Assembly (NCBI GenBank): GCA_965220655.1
Contig: CBDCQO010000012.1
Location: forward strand, 234,441-298,440
Origin: Dehalococcoidia bacterium
GTDB taxonomy: Bacteria > Chloroflexota > Dehalococcoidia > Lucifugimonadales > Australimonadaceae
Reading direction: 5' to 3'
Length of the DNA: 64,000 bases
Both the position numbers and the translations under genes were made by a program. Shown here piece by piece: positions 10,407 through 20,043 of this stretch. Positions within the stretch are counted from its first letter, which is position 1, and every line of letters begins with the position of its first letter. The notes below the pieces were generated by a model that did not search any database, was not told the origin of the DNA, and worked only from the letters and a program-made list of their open reading frames with translations.

Positions 10407-11435
10407 TCACTGCAACGGCAGCGGCGGCTGCAGCCATGCGCCTGTCGTGTTGACCTCTATCCGCGTTACCCACTTCACCCACTCGAAACCGCGCTTCCCC
10501 GGGACCACCAGCCGCACCGGCGCGCCGTGACCGTGCGACAGCCGCTCGCCGCCGACGTGAGTCGCGAGCAGCAGCCCCTCCGCGTGCTGGAGCCCGAAAC
10601 GCCGGTAGTACCCCGTCGCTGAGGTCACGGTGATGCTGGCCGCCGAGGTCTGTGGACGCGCCCGCGACAGCAACTCCTCGAGCCGCACGCCTCGCCACGT
10701 CTGCGTCGAGTGCCATCCGCCCGTGCAGTCGAGTACCACGGTCTCCTCTTCCGTCCCCGTCACGTCGTCGTAGCCCAGGGACTGCGGAGCGTCGACAGCG
10801 CCTTTGATCGTGAGCGTCCACGTCTCGCGGTCGATCGGTTCGAGCCTGTCGTTGAGCCACGACGTGGTCGGGAAGGCGTTGCCCGTGAAGTCGCCCGCCG
10901 CGTAGGAGCCGGTGAAACGCTTCGCCTGCGCGATGCCGGTCACACCGTCTATCCGCGCCCCGATCTGCCACAGCACCGTCCCCGCGAGCGCCAGCCCTCC
11001 CAGCCGCAGGACCGAGCGCCGCTCCGCCCAGTAGCGCGGACGCAGCAGTTTCCGGTAGCGCGCCAGGTGCCACACGATCATCGGCACGATGAGAAACACC
11101 AGCAGCGCGTGCCACGTCATGCCGGACGAGCCGAGGTAGGAGAACCGCCCGATGTGTGACCACGCCACGCCCAGCATGATGTCCGTCAGCAGCAGCGAGA
11201 GCGCCCCAACCGCCACCCAGTCCTGCCCCGTCCACCTGCCCCAGCGCCGCTTGAGCGGCCGGATCAGGTTCGGCACCTTCCACACCAGCACCGCCACCAC
11301 CGCCAGCCCGGCTGCGCGGTGTGCGCTCGTCTGCCACGCCTGCTCCGGCTCAGCCGCGACGAATGCGTAGTAGCCCGTCACGACCGAGCCCGTGGCGATC
11401 AGCAGGATGAACATGTTTGCCCACGGGTGCTTCAT
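10407..11435 (-). CDS. Membrane-anchored molybdopterin-dependent oxidoreductase (sulfite-oxidase/YedY-like fold)
   Basis: ATG at 11435..11433. The N-terminal ~190 aa carry several hydrophobic helices. C-terminal Moco-domain pattern VVLDCTGGWHSTQTWRGVRL, GAPVRLVVPGKRGFEWVKWV. The upstream part of track ORF 10407..11852 is rejected. Confidence 0.75.
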   Translation of the reverse strand: MKHPWANMFILLIATGSVVTGYYAFVAAEPEQAWQTSAHRAAGLAVVAVLVWKVPNLIRPLKRRWGRWTGQDWVAVGALSLLLTDIMLGVAWSHIGRFSYLGSSGMTWHALLVFLIVPMIVWHLARYRKLLRPRYWAERRSVLRLGGLALAGTVLWQIGARIDGVTGIAQAKRFTGSYAAGDFTGNAFPTTSWLNDRLEPIDRETWTLTIKGAVDAPQSLGYDDVTGTEEETVVLDCTGGWHSTQTWRGVRLEELLSRARPQTSAASITVTSATGYYRRFGLQHAEGLLLATHVGGERLSHGHGAPVRLVVPGKRGFEWVKWVTRIEVNTTGAWLQPPLPLQ

Positions 11436-11454
11436 CGCGCGCTCGCCTGCTCCT

Positions 11455-11485
11455 GTGACTATGGTACGCCCGCCGCTGCTAGAAT
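11455..11485 (+). promoter_or_regulatory. Candidate dcd promoter
   Basis: GTGACT (11455..11460) - 19 nt - TAGAAT (11480..11485), 23 nt before the dcd ATG, which carries a GGAGGAGAG SD. Confidence 0.35.
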
Positions 11486-11508
11486 GACGCGCCACGGAGG
11501 AGAGACAG

Positions 11509-12102
11509 ATGACGGTTCTGAGCGACCGGACGATACGTGAGGAGTTGAAGAGCGGGAACATCGTGATAGACCCGCTCATGGAGGGCTGCATCCAGCCCGC
11601 CAGCGTCGACCTCCACCTCGGACGCAGCTTCCTCGTGTTTCGCAACAACCACGTACCGTTCATAGACGTCCGCGCGATGAACGAGACGCTGACGGAGCAG
11701 GTCACCGTGGGCGATGACGTGCCCTTCATGCTCCACCCGGGCGAGTTCGTGCTCGGCAGCACCCTCGAACACGTAGAGGTGCCAGCCGACCTCGTCGCGC
11801 GGCTGGAGGGCAAGAGCTCACTCGGGCGCGTCGGGCTGCTGATCCACTCCACCGCGGGCTACGTCGACCCCGGGTGGAAGGGGCGTCTCACGCTGGAGCT
11901 GAGCAACGTCTCCAACCTCCCCATCACGCTCTACTACCGCATGAAGATTGGCCAGATATCGTTCCTGCGCCTCTCGACGCCTGCAGAGCACCTCTATGGC
12001 TCGGCGGAACTCGGCTCCAAGTACCAGGGCCAGCAGGAGCCCACACCCAGCCGCATCCAGATGGACTTCGACCCTCCTGCCGACGCCCCGCCGTCCTCCT
12101 GA
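11509..12102 (+). CDS. dcd: dCTP deaminase
   Basis: Track ORF of 197 aa. Signatures IQPASVDLHLG, GKSSLGRVGLLIH, GWKGRLTLEL. Confidence 0.92.
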   Translation: MTVLSDRTIREELKSGNIVIDPLMEGCIQPASVDLHLGRSFLVFRNNHVPFIDVRAMNETLTEQVTVGDDVPFMLHPGEFVLGSTLEHVEVPADLVARLEGKSSLGRVGLLIHSTAGYVDPGWKGRLTLELSNVSNLPITLYYRMKIGQISFLRLSTPAEHLYGSAELGSKYQGQQEPTPSRIQMDFDPPADAPPSS

Positions 12103-12165
12103 GACGCCCCGCTATACTTACCTCTGAGGCCCGAACGTACGGCAGCCTTCTGCGGAGCATCGCGC

Positions 12166-13254
12166 GTGACCACCACGGACCACATGCAGCGGGCTATCGA
12201 ACTCGCCCGCGAGGCGGTTGGAAGCACCAGCCCCAACCCGCCCGTTGGCGCGGTGCTCGTGCGCGACGGGCGCGTCGTCGGTGAGGGACGCACCCAACCG
12301 CCCGGTGGTCCCCATGCCGAGGCGGAGGCGCTCCGCATGGCAGGAGATGCCGCTCGCGGCGCCGACCTCTACGTCACGCTCGAGCCGTGCGCCCACTATG
12401 GCCGGACGCCCCCCTGCGCCGACGCTCTCGCCGAGGCGGGCGTTGCATCGGTGCGTATCGCCGTGATGGACCCCGCCCCGCACACCGCTGGCCGGGGCGT
12501 TGAACGCCTGCGCGAGGCGGGCATCCCCGTCACCGTCGACGACGGCCCGCCGGAGGCACGGCGGCTCGTGGAAGCCTTCGCGAAGCACGTCACCACCGGG
12601 TTGCCGTTCGTCGTCGCCAAGTTCGCCATGAGTCTGGACGGCAGGATAGCCGCCCGCTCCGGCGACTCCCGCTGGATATCGAACGAGACCTCGCGGCGGG
12701 AGGCGCATCGCCTGCGCGCCGAAGCCGACGCCGTCATGGTCGGCATCGGCACGGCGCTGGCGGACGACCCCCTCCTCACCGTACGCGACGCTCCGCTGCC
12801 TGCTCGTGGACAGCCGCTCCGCGTCGTCGTGGACAGTACAGGACGTCTCCCCGCGAGCGCCGCCATGCTCACTGCAGAAGGCACGACGCTCGTTGCGGTC
12901 ACTTCGTCGGAAGCGGCGCGAACCATTGAGGCGATTGGAGCCGAGACCATGGTGGCTCCCGGCGCGGACGGCCGTGTCGACCTGTCGCAACTGCTCGCCG
13001 GACTCGGCGCGCGCGACGTGACGTCGCTCCTCGTGGAAGGCGGCGCGGCGCTCCATGGTGCGTTCTTCGCAAGCGGACTCGTCGACAAGGTCGTCGCGTT
13101 CGTCGCGCCCGTCGTCATCGGCGGCGACGGCGTGCCCGGCCCGGTCGGCGGGGCAGGCGCCGAGCGCATGGCCGACGCGCTGCGCCTCCGCGATGTAACG
13201 TACACGGAGTTGGACGGCGATATGATGGTCGTCGGCTACCCCGTTCGGGAGTGA
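12166..13254 (+). CDS. ribD: Bifunctional riboflavin biosynthesis deaminase/reductase
   Basis: GTG at 12166. Deaminase zinc motif HAEAEAL...LEPCAHYGRTPPC plus a C-terminal reductase domain (KFAMSLDGRIA). Confidence 0.92.
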   Translation: MTTTDHMQRAIELAREAVGSTSPNPPVGAVLVRDGRVVGEGRTQPPGGPHAEAEALRMAGDAARGADLYVTLEPCAHYGRTPPCADALAEAGVASVRIAVMDPAPHTAGRGVERLREAGIPVTVDDGPPEARRLVEAFAKHVTTGLPFVVAKFAMSLDGRIAARSGDSRWISNETSRREAHRLRAEADAVMVGIGTALADDPLLTVRDAPLPARGQPLRVVVDSTGRLPASAAMLTAEGTTLVAVTSSEAARTIEAIGAETMVAPGADGRVDLSQLLAGLGARDVTSLLVEGGAALHGAFFASGLVDKVVAFVAPVVIGGDGVPGPVGGAGAERMADALRLRDVTYTELDGDMMVVGYPVRE

Positions 13255-13262
13255 GAGAGCGG

Positions 13263-13856
13263 ATGTTCACGGGCATCGTCGAAGAGGTTGGGGAGGTCGT
13301 GGAGGTCGCGCCGCACCGGCTGCGTATCGCGGGCGGCTCGGTCATGGACGCGCTCGCCGTGAGCGACTCCATCGCCGTCAACGGCGTCTGCCTCACCGTG
13401 ACGGAGCGCACGGACAGCGAGTTCGCCGTCGACGTCGTCGAGGAGACGCTCTCGCGCACCAACCTCGGCGACCTCGCGCCCGGTGGCATCGTCAATCTGG
13501 AGCGAGCGCTCACTCCCTCGTCGCGGATGGGCGGCCATGTCGTGCAGGGGCACGTGGACGGTACGGGGGAGGTGGTGTCGTTCGGCGGGACGCCGGAAGC
13601 GCGCGTGCTGCGCGTCGACCTCTCGCCGGAGTTGGGGCGCTACGTGGTCGAGAAGGGCTTCATCGCCTTGGACGGCATAAGCCTCACCGTGGCCTCGCAG
13701 GAAGGGGCCGGGTTCTCGGTCGCCGTGATACCGTATACGATGCAGCACACCGTGTTGAGGGTGAGAAACCCCGGCGACCGCGTTAACATTGAGGTTGATA
13801 TCCTCGCGAAGTATGTAGAGCGTCTCACGGCCTCCCAGGCGCTCGGCGGGAGATGA
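13263..13856 (+). CDS. ribE: Riboflavin synthase (alpha chain)
   Basis: ATG at 13263 gives the canonical N-terminus [12 protein letters not shown]. Two lumazine-binding repeats. Follows the ribD stop (13252..13254). Confidence 0.9.
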   Translation: MFTGIVEEVGEVVEVAPHRLRIAGGSVMDALAVSDSIAVNGVCLTVTERTDSEFAVDVVEETLSRTNLGDLAPGGIVNLERALTPSSRMGGHVVQGHVDGTGEVVSFGGTPEARVLRVDLSPELGRYVVEKGFIALDGISLTVASQEGAGFSVAVIPYTMQHTVLRVRNPGDRVNIEVDILAKYVERLTASQALGGR

Positions 13857-13860
13857 TTGC

Positions 13861-15079
13861 ATGCCGGTCATCAGTGTTGAACAGGCGATAGAGGACTTCC
13901 GCACCGGCAAACTCGTCATCATCGTGGACGACGAGGACCGGGAGAACGAGGGGGACTTCGCCATCGCCGCCACGTGGGTCACGCCCCGAGGCCATCAACC
14001 TCATGGCGACCCACGGACGCGGGCTCATCTGCGCACCGATGACCGGCGACCGCCTCCGCGAGCTCGACCTCGACATGATGGTCGCGAACAACACCTCCAA
14101 GCACACCACCGCCTTCACCGTCTCCGTGGACATCGACAACGGCGGTACGGGTATCTCCGTGCACGACCGCGCTGCCACCGTGAAGGCGCTCATCGAACCC
14201 GGCACGAAGCCGTCCGACCTCGCCCGCCCCGGCCATATCTTCCCGCTTCGCGCACAGCCGGGCGGCGTCCTCGTCCGGGCGGGCCAGACCGAGGCGAGCG
14301 TCGACCTCGCCCGGATGGCCGGACTGCCTGCGGGCGCGGTCGTCTGCGAGATCATGAACGCTGACGGGACGATGGCCCGCATGCCGCAGTTGGAGGAAGT
14401 CTCCAGGGAGCTCGGCATCGACATCGTCACCATCGCCGACATCATCGCCTATCGCCTCGAGCATGAGCGCCTCGTCGAGCGCGTTGCCGAGGCCAGGCTC
14501 CCGACCCAGTACGGCACGGCCCGCGCCTTCGCCTACCGCTCCTCTGTCGACTCCGCGGAGCACGTCGCGCTCGTGTTCGGCAACGTCCGCACCAAGGAGC
14601 CCGTCCTCGTTCGCGTGCACAGCGAGTGCCTCACCGGCGACGTGTTCGGCAGCCTGCGGTGCGACTGCGGTGTGCAGCGCGAGATGGCGATAAAGGCCAT
14701 CGCCGAAGCGGGCCGGGGCGTCTTCCTCTACATGCGCCAGGAAGGGCGCGGCATCGGCCTGCACAACAAGATCAAGGCCTATGCGCTGCAGGACAACGGG
14801 GCCGACACCGTGGAAGCGAACCGCCAGCTCGGCTTTCCGCCGGACCTCCGCCACTACGGCGTCGGCGCGCAGATCCTCGTGGACCTCGGCGTCCGGAACA
14901 TGCGGCTTATGACCAACAACCCCAAGAAGGTCGTTGGTCTGGAGAGCTACGGCCTCTCCATCGAGGAGCGCGTGCCCATCGTCGTGGAGGCCAACGAGGA
15001 GAACGCGTTCTATCTGCAGACCAAGCAGCAGCTCCTCGGCCACCTCCTCGACCCGCACAACGCCGAATCGGCGGAGTGA
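13861..15079 (+). pseudogene. ribBA: ribBA (DHBP synthase / GTP cyclohydrolase II) with an apparent +1 frameshift; may be a sequencing error
   Basis: Frame 1 (13861..13986) encodes the DHBP-synthase N-terminus ([23 protein letters not shown]). Frame 2 from 13988 continues [19 protein letters not shown] through the GCH-II domain (CDCG, RQEGRGIGL). Joining the two requires dropping one C of the C4 run at 13984..13987. Confidence 0.85.
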
Positions 15080-15122
15080 ACCAACCCCCCACGACGGACG
15101 CGCGGCAGGCTAGAATACCTGC

Positions 15123-15599
15123 ATGGCCTTGGAGATCAGTGGAAGTCTCGATGCGCAGGGGCTGCGGCTCGGCATCATTGTTGCGCAGTTCAACGAGGCG
15201 CTGACCTCCCGGCTGCTGCGCGGCGCTCGTGAGGCTGCCGCCCGCCACGGCGTGAAGGAAGACGCGCTCGCCATCGTCCACGTCCCCGGCTCGTTCGAGC
15301 TCCCTCAGGCCGCGGAGCGGATGGCGCGGAGCGGCGCATGGGACGCCCTCGTCGCCCTCGGCTGCGTCATACGCGGCGAGACCGCCCACTTCGATTTCGT
15401 CGCCGCCGAGGCCGCGCGAGGCATCGCGAAGGTCGCGCGCGAGACCGGCGTCCCCGTTGCCTTCGGCGTGCTCACGACCAACAACACCGACCAGGCCTTG
15501 GCCCGCTCCGGCGGCGCGCAGGGCAACCGGGGCTTCGACGCGGTCGAGGCCGCCATCAAGATGGCGAGCGTCCACCGCCAGCTGCAGAAGATAGGGTGA
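15123..15599 (+). CDS. ribH: 6,7-dimethyl-8-ribityllumazine synthase
   Basis: Track ORF of 158 aa. Pattern LRLGIIVAQFNE, VPGSFELP, GCVIRGETAHFDFV. Confidence 0.93.
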   Translation: MALEISGSLDAQGLRLGIIVAQFNEALTSRLLRGAREAAARHGVKEDALAIVHVPGSFELPQAAERMARSGAWDALVALGCVIRGETAHFDFVAAEAARGIAKVARETGVPVAFGVLTTNNTDQALARSGGAQGNRGFDAVEAAIKMASVHRQLQKIG

Positions 15600-15631
15600 G
15601 GGTACTGCGGGGCGGTGTGAGGTGTGGGATT

Positions 15632-15676
15632 GTCATGTTGAGCGAAGCCGGAGGCGGAGTCGAAACATCTCTCGGG
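15632..15676 (+). repeat. Dispersed repeat, family A copy 1
   Basis: gtcATGTTgagcgaagc...ggagtcgaAACATctctcggg. Shares its flanks and an internal 5-bp pairing with 24709..24751 and 44774..44806 (reverse orientation). Confidence 0.75.
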
Positions 15677-15735
15677 AATACGTTCGGTACTGCGGGGGAA
15701 GTGAAGCACCATAGGTTCAGTTAGGGTGAGGGTGT

Positions 15736-16188
15736 ATGTCCATCACAGAGCAACTCGTCGAAGACCTGAAGGCCGCCATGAAGGCGCAGGACGAGGTCAC
15801 GAAAGGCGCGATACGCCTGATCCGCGCCGCTGTCAAGAACGCCGAGATCGAGAAGGGCCGCGAGCTCGACGACGAGGCAGCACTGGACGTGCTCGCGCGC
15901 ATGGCAAAGCAGCACCGCGACAGCATCGCTGCCTACCGCCAGCACGGGCGCGAGGACCTCGCCGCGCAGGAGGAGGCGGAACTGGCCGTCGTCTCCCGCT
16001 ACCTGCCGGAGCAGATGGGCGAGGACGAGATACGCGCGCTCGCGCAGCAGGTCGTCACAGAGTTGGGCGCGTCCGGCCCCGGCGACAGGGGCAAGGTGAT
16101 GGGCAAACTGATGCCCCAGCTCAAGGGCCGCGCCGATGGCAATGCGGTCAACCGCATCGTCGGCGAACTGCTCGGGCAGGGGGCGTGA
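15736..16188 (+). CDS. GatB/YqeY-domain protein
   Basis: Track ORF of 150 aa. Pattern LKAAMKAQD...[14 protein letters not shown] and [18 protein letters not shown]. Confidence 0.85.
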   Translation: MSITEQLVEDLKAAMKAQDEVTKGAIRLIRAAVKNAEIEKGRELDDEAALDVLARMAKQHRDSIAAYRQHGREDLAAQEEAELAVVSRYLPEQMGEDEIRALAQQVVTELGASGPGDRGKVMGKLMPQLKGRADGNAVNRIVGELLGQGA

Positions 16189-16907
16189 TGACTGCTTCCT
16201 ACGGCGTCATCGTCTTTCCCGGCACCTGGTCCGACACCGACTGGCGCGACGCCATCGAGGGCGTCCTCGGCGCGCAGGCGGAGTACGTCTTCCACAAGGA
16301 GACCGACGTTTCGCGCTTCGACTGTCTCGTCGTGCCCGGCGGCTTCTCCTACGGCGACTACCTCCGCCCCGGCGCCATCGCCCGCTTCTCGCCCGTGATG
16401 CGGGCCCTCTCCGACTTCGCCGCGGCGGGTGGCCCTGTCATCGGCAGCTGCAACGGCTTCCAGGTGCTCTGCGAGTCCGGCCTGCTCCCCGGCGCGCTGA
16501 TGCGTAACGCCAGCCTGGAATTCCGCTGTCAACCGCAGCACCTGCGCGTCGAGCGCGTGGCCGCCCCGTTCACCTCGCTCGTGCGCGAGGGCGACGTCCT
16601 CGCCATCCCCGTCTCCCACGGCGACGGCAATTACTACGCAGACCCCGATACCCTCGCCCGGATGGAAGCGAACGGTCAGATCGCGTTCCGCTACTGCGAC
16701 GAGACCGGCGCGGTGACGCCCGAGGCCAACCCCAACGGCTCGCTCGACAACATCGCTGGCGTCACGAACGAGGCTGGTAACGTGCTGGGGCTCATGCCGC
16801 ACCCGGAGCGGGTGGTCGAGGAGGCGCTGGGCGGCACGGACGGACTGCGCATCCTGCGGTCGATCGACGAGGCGCTCCACGAGCGCTCCCGGAGCGTCAG
16901 CGCGTAG
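16188..16907 (+). CDS. purQ: Phosphoribosylformylglycinamidine synthase I (glutaminase subunit)
   Basis: ATG at 16188 overlaps the yqeY stop. Amidotransferase Cys (GSCNGFQVL) and MPHPER. The long N-terminal part of track ORF 15726..16907 overlaps yqeY and is rejected. Confidence 0.92.
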   Translation: MTASYGVIVFPGTWSDTDWRDAIEGVLGAQAEYVFHKETDVSRFDCLVVPGGFSYGDYLRPGAIARFSPVMRALSDFAAAGGPVIGSCNGFQVLCESGLLPGALMRNASLEFRCQPQHLRVERVAAPFTSLVREGDVLAIPVSHGDGNYYADPDTLARMEANGQIAFRYCDETGAVTPEANPNGSLDNIAGVTNEAGNVLGLMPHPERVVEEALGGTDGLRILRSIDEALHERSRSVSA

Positions 16908-17351
16908 ATGGGACTCGGTATCCTGCTCGCCATCGTGGCCACGCTCGCCTGGGGTGCGGGCGACGTGTTCGTGCGCCGGGCGATGTTCACGATACCGGCT
17001 GAACTCGTGGTGGTCGTCGTGGTGGGGATGGTGGCGGCAGTGCTGGGCGTCGTGATCGTCTTGACCGAGGGGTTCGCCGCGTTCGGAGGCATCGAGTTGG
17101 CGTTTGTGGGGATCGTGGCGGTGATGGGGGCGCTGGTCTGGGTGACGGGCAACCTCTTCTACTTCCACGGGATGCGGCGCGTGGGTGTCACTCTCGCCGC
17201 GCCCATCCTGGGAGCGGGGCCGCTGTTTGCCATCGCGCTCGCCGTTCTCTTCGCTGGAGAGCGCCCGAATCTCGCTACGCTGGTGGGAGCGTTCGCAGTG
17301 GTGATCGGGATCGGCGTCATCCTGACGGACCGCAACCGGGTGCTGCGGTGA
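16908..17351 (+). CDS. Half-size (5-TM) EamA/DMT-superfamily membrane protein
   Basis: Track ORF of 147 aa. Five hydrophobic segments forming a single EamA-like repeat (ATLAWGAGDVFVRR...). The ATG directly abuts the purQ stop. Confidence 0.75.
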   Translation: MGLGILLAIVATLAWGAGDVFVRRAMFTIPAELVVVVVVGMVAAVLGVVIVLTEGFAAFGGIELAFVGIVAVMGALVWVTGNLFYFHGMRRVGVTLAAPILGAGPLFAIALAVLFAGERPNLATLVGAFAVVIGIGVILTDRNRVLR

Positions 17352-17812
17352 GCGCCATGGCCGGGAGCGCCGACACGCGCCGCATCACCATCGGCCTCGT
17401 GCTTGCGGTGCTCGCGATGCTCTCGTTCGTTACGGGTGGCCTGCTGGCGAACCACCTCGTGGACGGAGGTGCCTCTCCTCGGGTTGTCGCCTTCTACGAG
17501 GCGCTGTTCGGCCTCGCGTTTACCCTGGCGATCAGGCTGCGAGGGCTGCGTTCGGGCCCTTCCCTGGTTGCATCCGGGGTAGGATGGATGCTGGCGGCCG
17601 GCGTCCTCTTCGCGCTGGCAACCGGCAGCTTCTACACGGCGCTCGCTCGGCTGGACTACAGCGTTGCCGCCCCCATCGTCGGGGCCGTGCCGCTCGCCTC
17701 GTATCTCTTCGTGCTCATCGTGTTGCGAGGCTACGAGCGCCTGACGCCGCGTGTGGTGTTCGGCGCGGCGCTCGTGGTCGCTGGAGTAGGTCTCATAGGA
17801 GTCGCTAACTGA
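17348..17812 (+). CDS. Half-size (5-TM) EamA/DMT-superfamily membrane protein, partner of 16908..17351
   Basis: Track ORF of 154 aa. GTG at 17348 overlaps the upstream stop (GTGA), with an alternative ATG at 17357. Five hydrophobic segments. The stop overlaps the purL ATG. Confidence 0.72.
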   Translation: MSAMAGSADTRRITIGLVLAVLAMLSFVTGGLLANHLVDGGASPRVVAFYEALFGLAFTLAIRLRGLRSGPSLVASGVGWMLAAGVLFALATGSFYTALARLDYSVAAPIVGAVPLASYLFVLIVLRGYERLTPRVVFGAALVVAGVGLIGVAN

Positions 17813-20043
17813 TGCCCGTCTCACAGGAAACGCTGGACGAGATCGCCCTCACCCGTGAGGAGTACGACCTCATCGTCAGCAGGATCGAGCGCGAACCCAA
17901 CGGCGTCGAACTGGGGCTGTTCGGCGCGCTCTGGAGTGAGCACTGCGGCTACAAGCACTCCAAGCCCCTGCTGCGCGGCTTTCCCACCACCGGCGAGGCG
18001 GTGCGCGTGCAGGCAGGCGAGGAGAACGCGGGTGTCGTCGACATCGGCGGCGGGCTCGCCGTCGTCTTCAAGATCGAGTCGCACAACCATCCCTCCGCCG
18101 TCGAGCCCTACCAGGGCGCCGCGACGGGCGTCGGCGGCATCGTCCGTGACATCCTTGCGATGGGCGCGCGCCCTATAGCGCTCCTGAACTCGCTGCGCTT
18201 CGGCCCGCTTGACACCGCGCGCAACCGCTACCTCTTTCAGGGTGTTGTCGCCGGCATCTCCGGCTACGGCAACTGCATCGGCGTGCCGGACGTGGGCGGC
18301 GAGACGATGTTCGCCCCTACCTACAGCGGCAACCCCCTCGTCAACGCGATGTGCGTTGGCCTGCTGCCGCACGGAGGACTCATGCGGGCCGCCGCTGCGA
18401 ACCCCGGCTCCCTCTTCCTCCTTGCGGGCTCCGCTACAGGCAGGGACGGTATCCATGGCGCGTCTGGACTCGCCTCCCGGACATTCGAAGAGGAGCGCGA
18501 GATGCGCCCGACCGTGCAGGTCGGCGACCCGTTCCTGGAGAAGGTGCTCATCGAGGCCTGTCTCGAAGCCGCCGCGAGCGGGCTGTTGGACGGCATGCAG
18601 GACCTCGGCGCGGCGGGACTCACGAGCTCCGTGATGGAGTGCGCCGCGCGGGGCGGCACCGGCGTCGAGATAGACGTTGCGCTCGTCCCCCGCCGCGAGG
18701 ACGGCATGACCCCCTACGAGGTCATGCTCTCCGAGTCCCAGGAGCGCATGCTCCTCATCGTCAAACCGGAGAACGAGGACGCCGTCCGTGGCATCTTCGA
18801 CCGGTGGGACGTGCCGCTCACCGCCATCGGCGTCGTCACCGGCGACGGCGTGGCGCGGGTGTACGACGGCCCCGAGCTCGCCGCCGAGGTCAACGTCGCG
18901 ACGCTCGTCGAGGCGCCGCAGTACCGCCCGGGCGGGACGCGCCCCGCGTACCTCGACGCCCTGCACGCCGCTCCGATGCCCCCGCCACCCGACCCCGCGC
19001 AGGCGGGGCGCATCCTCCGTGCGCTACTCGCCTCTCCCAACGTCGCGAGCAAGCGCGCCGTCTACCGCCGCTACGACCACGAGGTGCAGACGCGCACGAT
19101 GGTCAAGCCCGGTGCAGGCGATGCCGCCGTGCTCCGCCTGCGCGAGTTCCCGAAGGCGCTCGCCCTGGCCGTCGACGGCAATGGACGCCTCGCCTGGCTC
19201 GACCCGTACACGGGCGGGGCGATGGCCGTCGCCGAGGCGTGCCGCAACGTCGCCGCATCCGGTGCGACGCCGCTCGCCGTCACCGACTGCCTCAACTTCG
19301 GCAACCCACAGAAGCCGGAGGTCTACTACCAGTTGGAGGAGTGCGTCCGCGGCATGGCAGACGCCTGCCGCGCCCTCGGCGTCCCCGTCGTGAGCGGGAA
19401 CGTCTCGCTCTACAACGAGACCCAGGGCGAGGCTGTCTACCCCACGCCCGTCGTTGGGGCCGTCGGCCTGCTCGACGACGCCCGCAACGCGCTCGGCGCC
19501 GCGTTCGCCAGCGACGGCGACGCCGTCCTCCTGTTGGGTGCATCGTCCGCTGACGACGGCGTGCTCGCCGGCAGCGAGTACCTCGCGCTCGAACATGGCA
19601 CGGTCGCGGGCAGACCTGCCATCGACCTCGACGCCGAGGTCCGCCTGCAGCGGCTCCTCGTCACTCTCGCGCAGGAGCGTCTGCTCTCCTCCGCCCACGA
19701 CTGCTCCGACGGCGGACTCGCCGTCGCCTTGGCCGAGAGCGCCCTCCTCGGCAACGTCGGTTTCATCGGCACAGGGGACTGGTTACAAGGGCGCTGGGAC
19801 GCCGCACTGTTCGGCGAGACCCCCTCGCGGGCTGTCGTCAGTTGTGCGGAAGCGAACGCTGACCGCGTCGAAGCCGCCGCTCAAGCGGCAGGCGTCCCCT
19901 GCGTGCGCTTGGGCGTCGCAGGCGGTGAACGATTCACCATCCCCCGCACCTCCTCCAGCCTGCCCATTCTGCTGGTCGACGAGCTGCTCACGGACCTTGC
20001 CGACGCCTTCTTCGGCGGCTTGGAGCGCGCCCTGAACGCCTGA
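17812..20043 (+). CDS. purL: Phosphoribosylformylglycinamidine synthase II
   Basis: Track ORF of 743 aa. Signatures GALWSEHCGYKHSK, ESHNHPSAVEPYQGAATGVGG, CLNFGNP. Confidence 0.95.
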   Translation: MPVSQETLDEIALTREEYDLIVSRIEREPNGVELGLFGALWSEHCGYKHSKPLLRGFPTTGEAVRVQAGEENAGVVDIGGGLAVVFKIESHNHPSAVEPYQGAATGVGGIVRDILAMGARPIALLNSLRFGPLDTARNRYLFQGVVAGISGYGNCIGVPDVGGETMFAPTYSGNPLVNAMCVGLLPHGGLMRAAAANPGSLFLLAGSATGRDGIHGASGLASRTFEEEREMRPTVQVGDPFLEKVLIEACLEAAASGLLDGMQDLGAAGLTSSVMECAARGGTGVEIDVALVPRREDGMTPYEVMLSESQERMLLIVKPENEDAVRGIFDRWDVPLTAIGVVTGDGVARVYDGPELAAEVNVATLVEAPQYRPGGTRPAYLDALHAAPMPPPPDPAQAGRILRALLASPNVASKRAVYRRYDHEVQTRTMVKPGAGDAAVLRLREFPKALALAVDGNGRLAWLDPYTGGAMAVAEACRNVAASGATPLAVTDCLNFGNPQKPEVYYQLEECVRGMADACRALGVPVVSGNVSLYNETQGEAVYPTPVVGAVGLLDDARNALGAAFASDGDAVLLLGASSADDGVLAGSEYLALEHGTVAGRPAIDLDAEVRLQRLLVTLAQERLLSSAHDCSDGGLAVALAESALLGNVGFIGTGDWLQGRWDAALFGETPSRAVVSCAEANADRVEAAAQAAGVPCVRLGVAGGERFTIPRTSSSLPILLVDELLTDLADAFFGGLERALNA

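Noticed and set aside
12103-12165. Possible FMN riboswitch upstream of ribD
   Set aside because: Only 63 nt of spacer are available, and none of the conserved FMN-element segments (for example GGGUGAAAUUCC, AGUCUGGAUGGGAGA-like) are present. A TATACT box at 12113..12118 is all I can see.
14003-15079. Calling ribBA from the internal ATG at 14003 as an intact 358-aa gene (as in the ORF track)
   Set aside because: That start would delete the N-terminal ~47 residues of the DHBP-synthase domain. Those residues are encoded just upstream in another frame, so a frameshifted full-length gene explains the data better.
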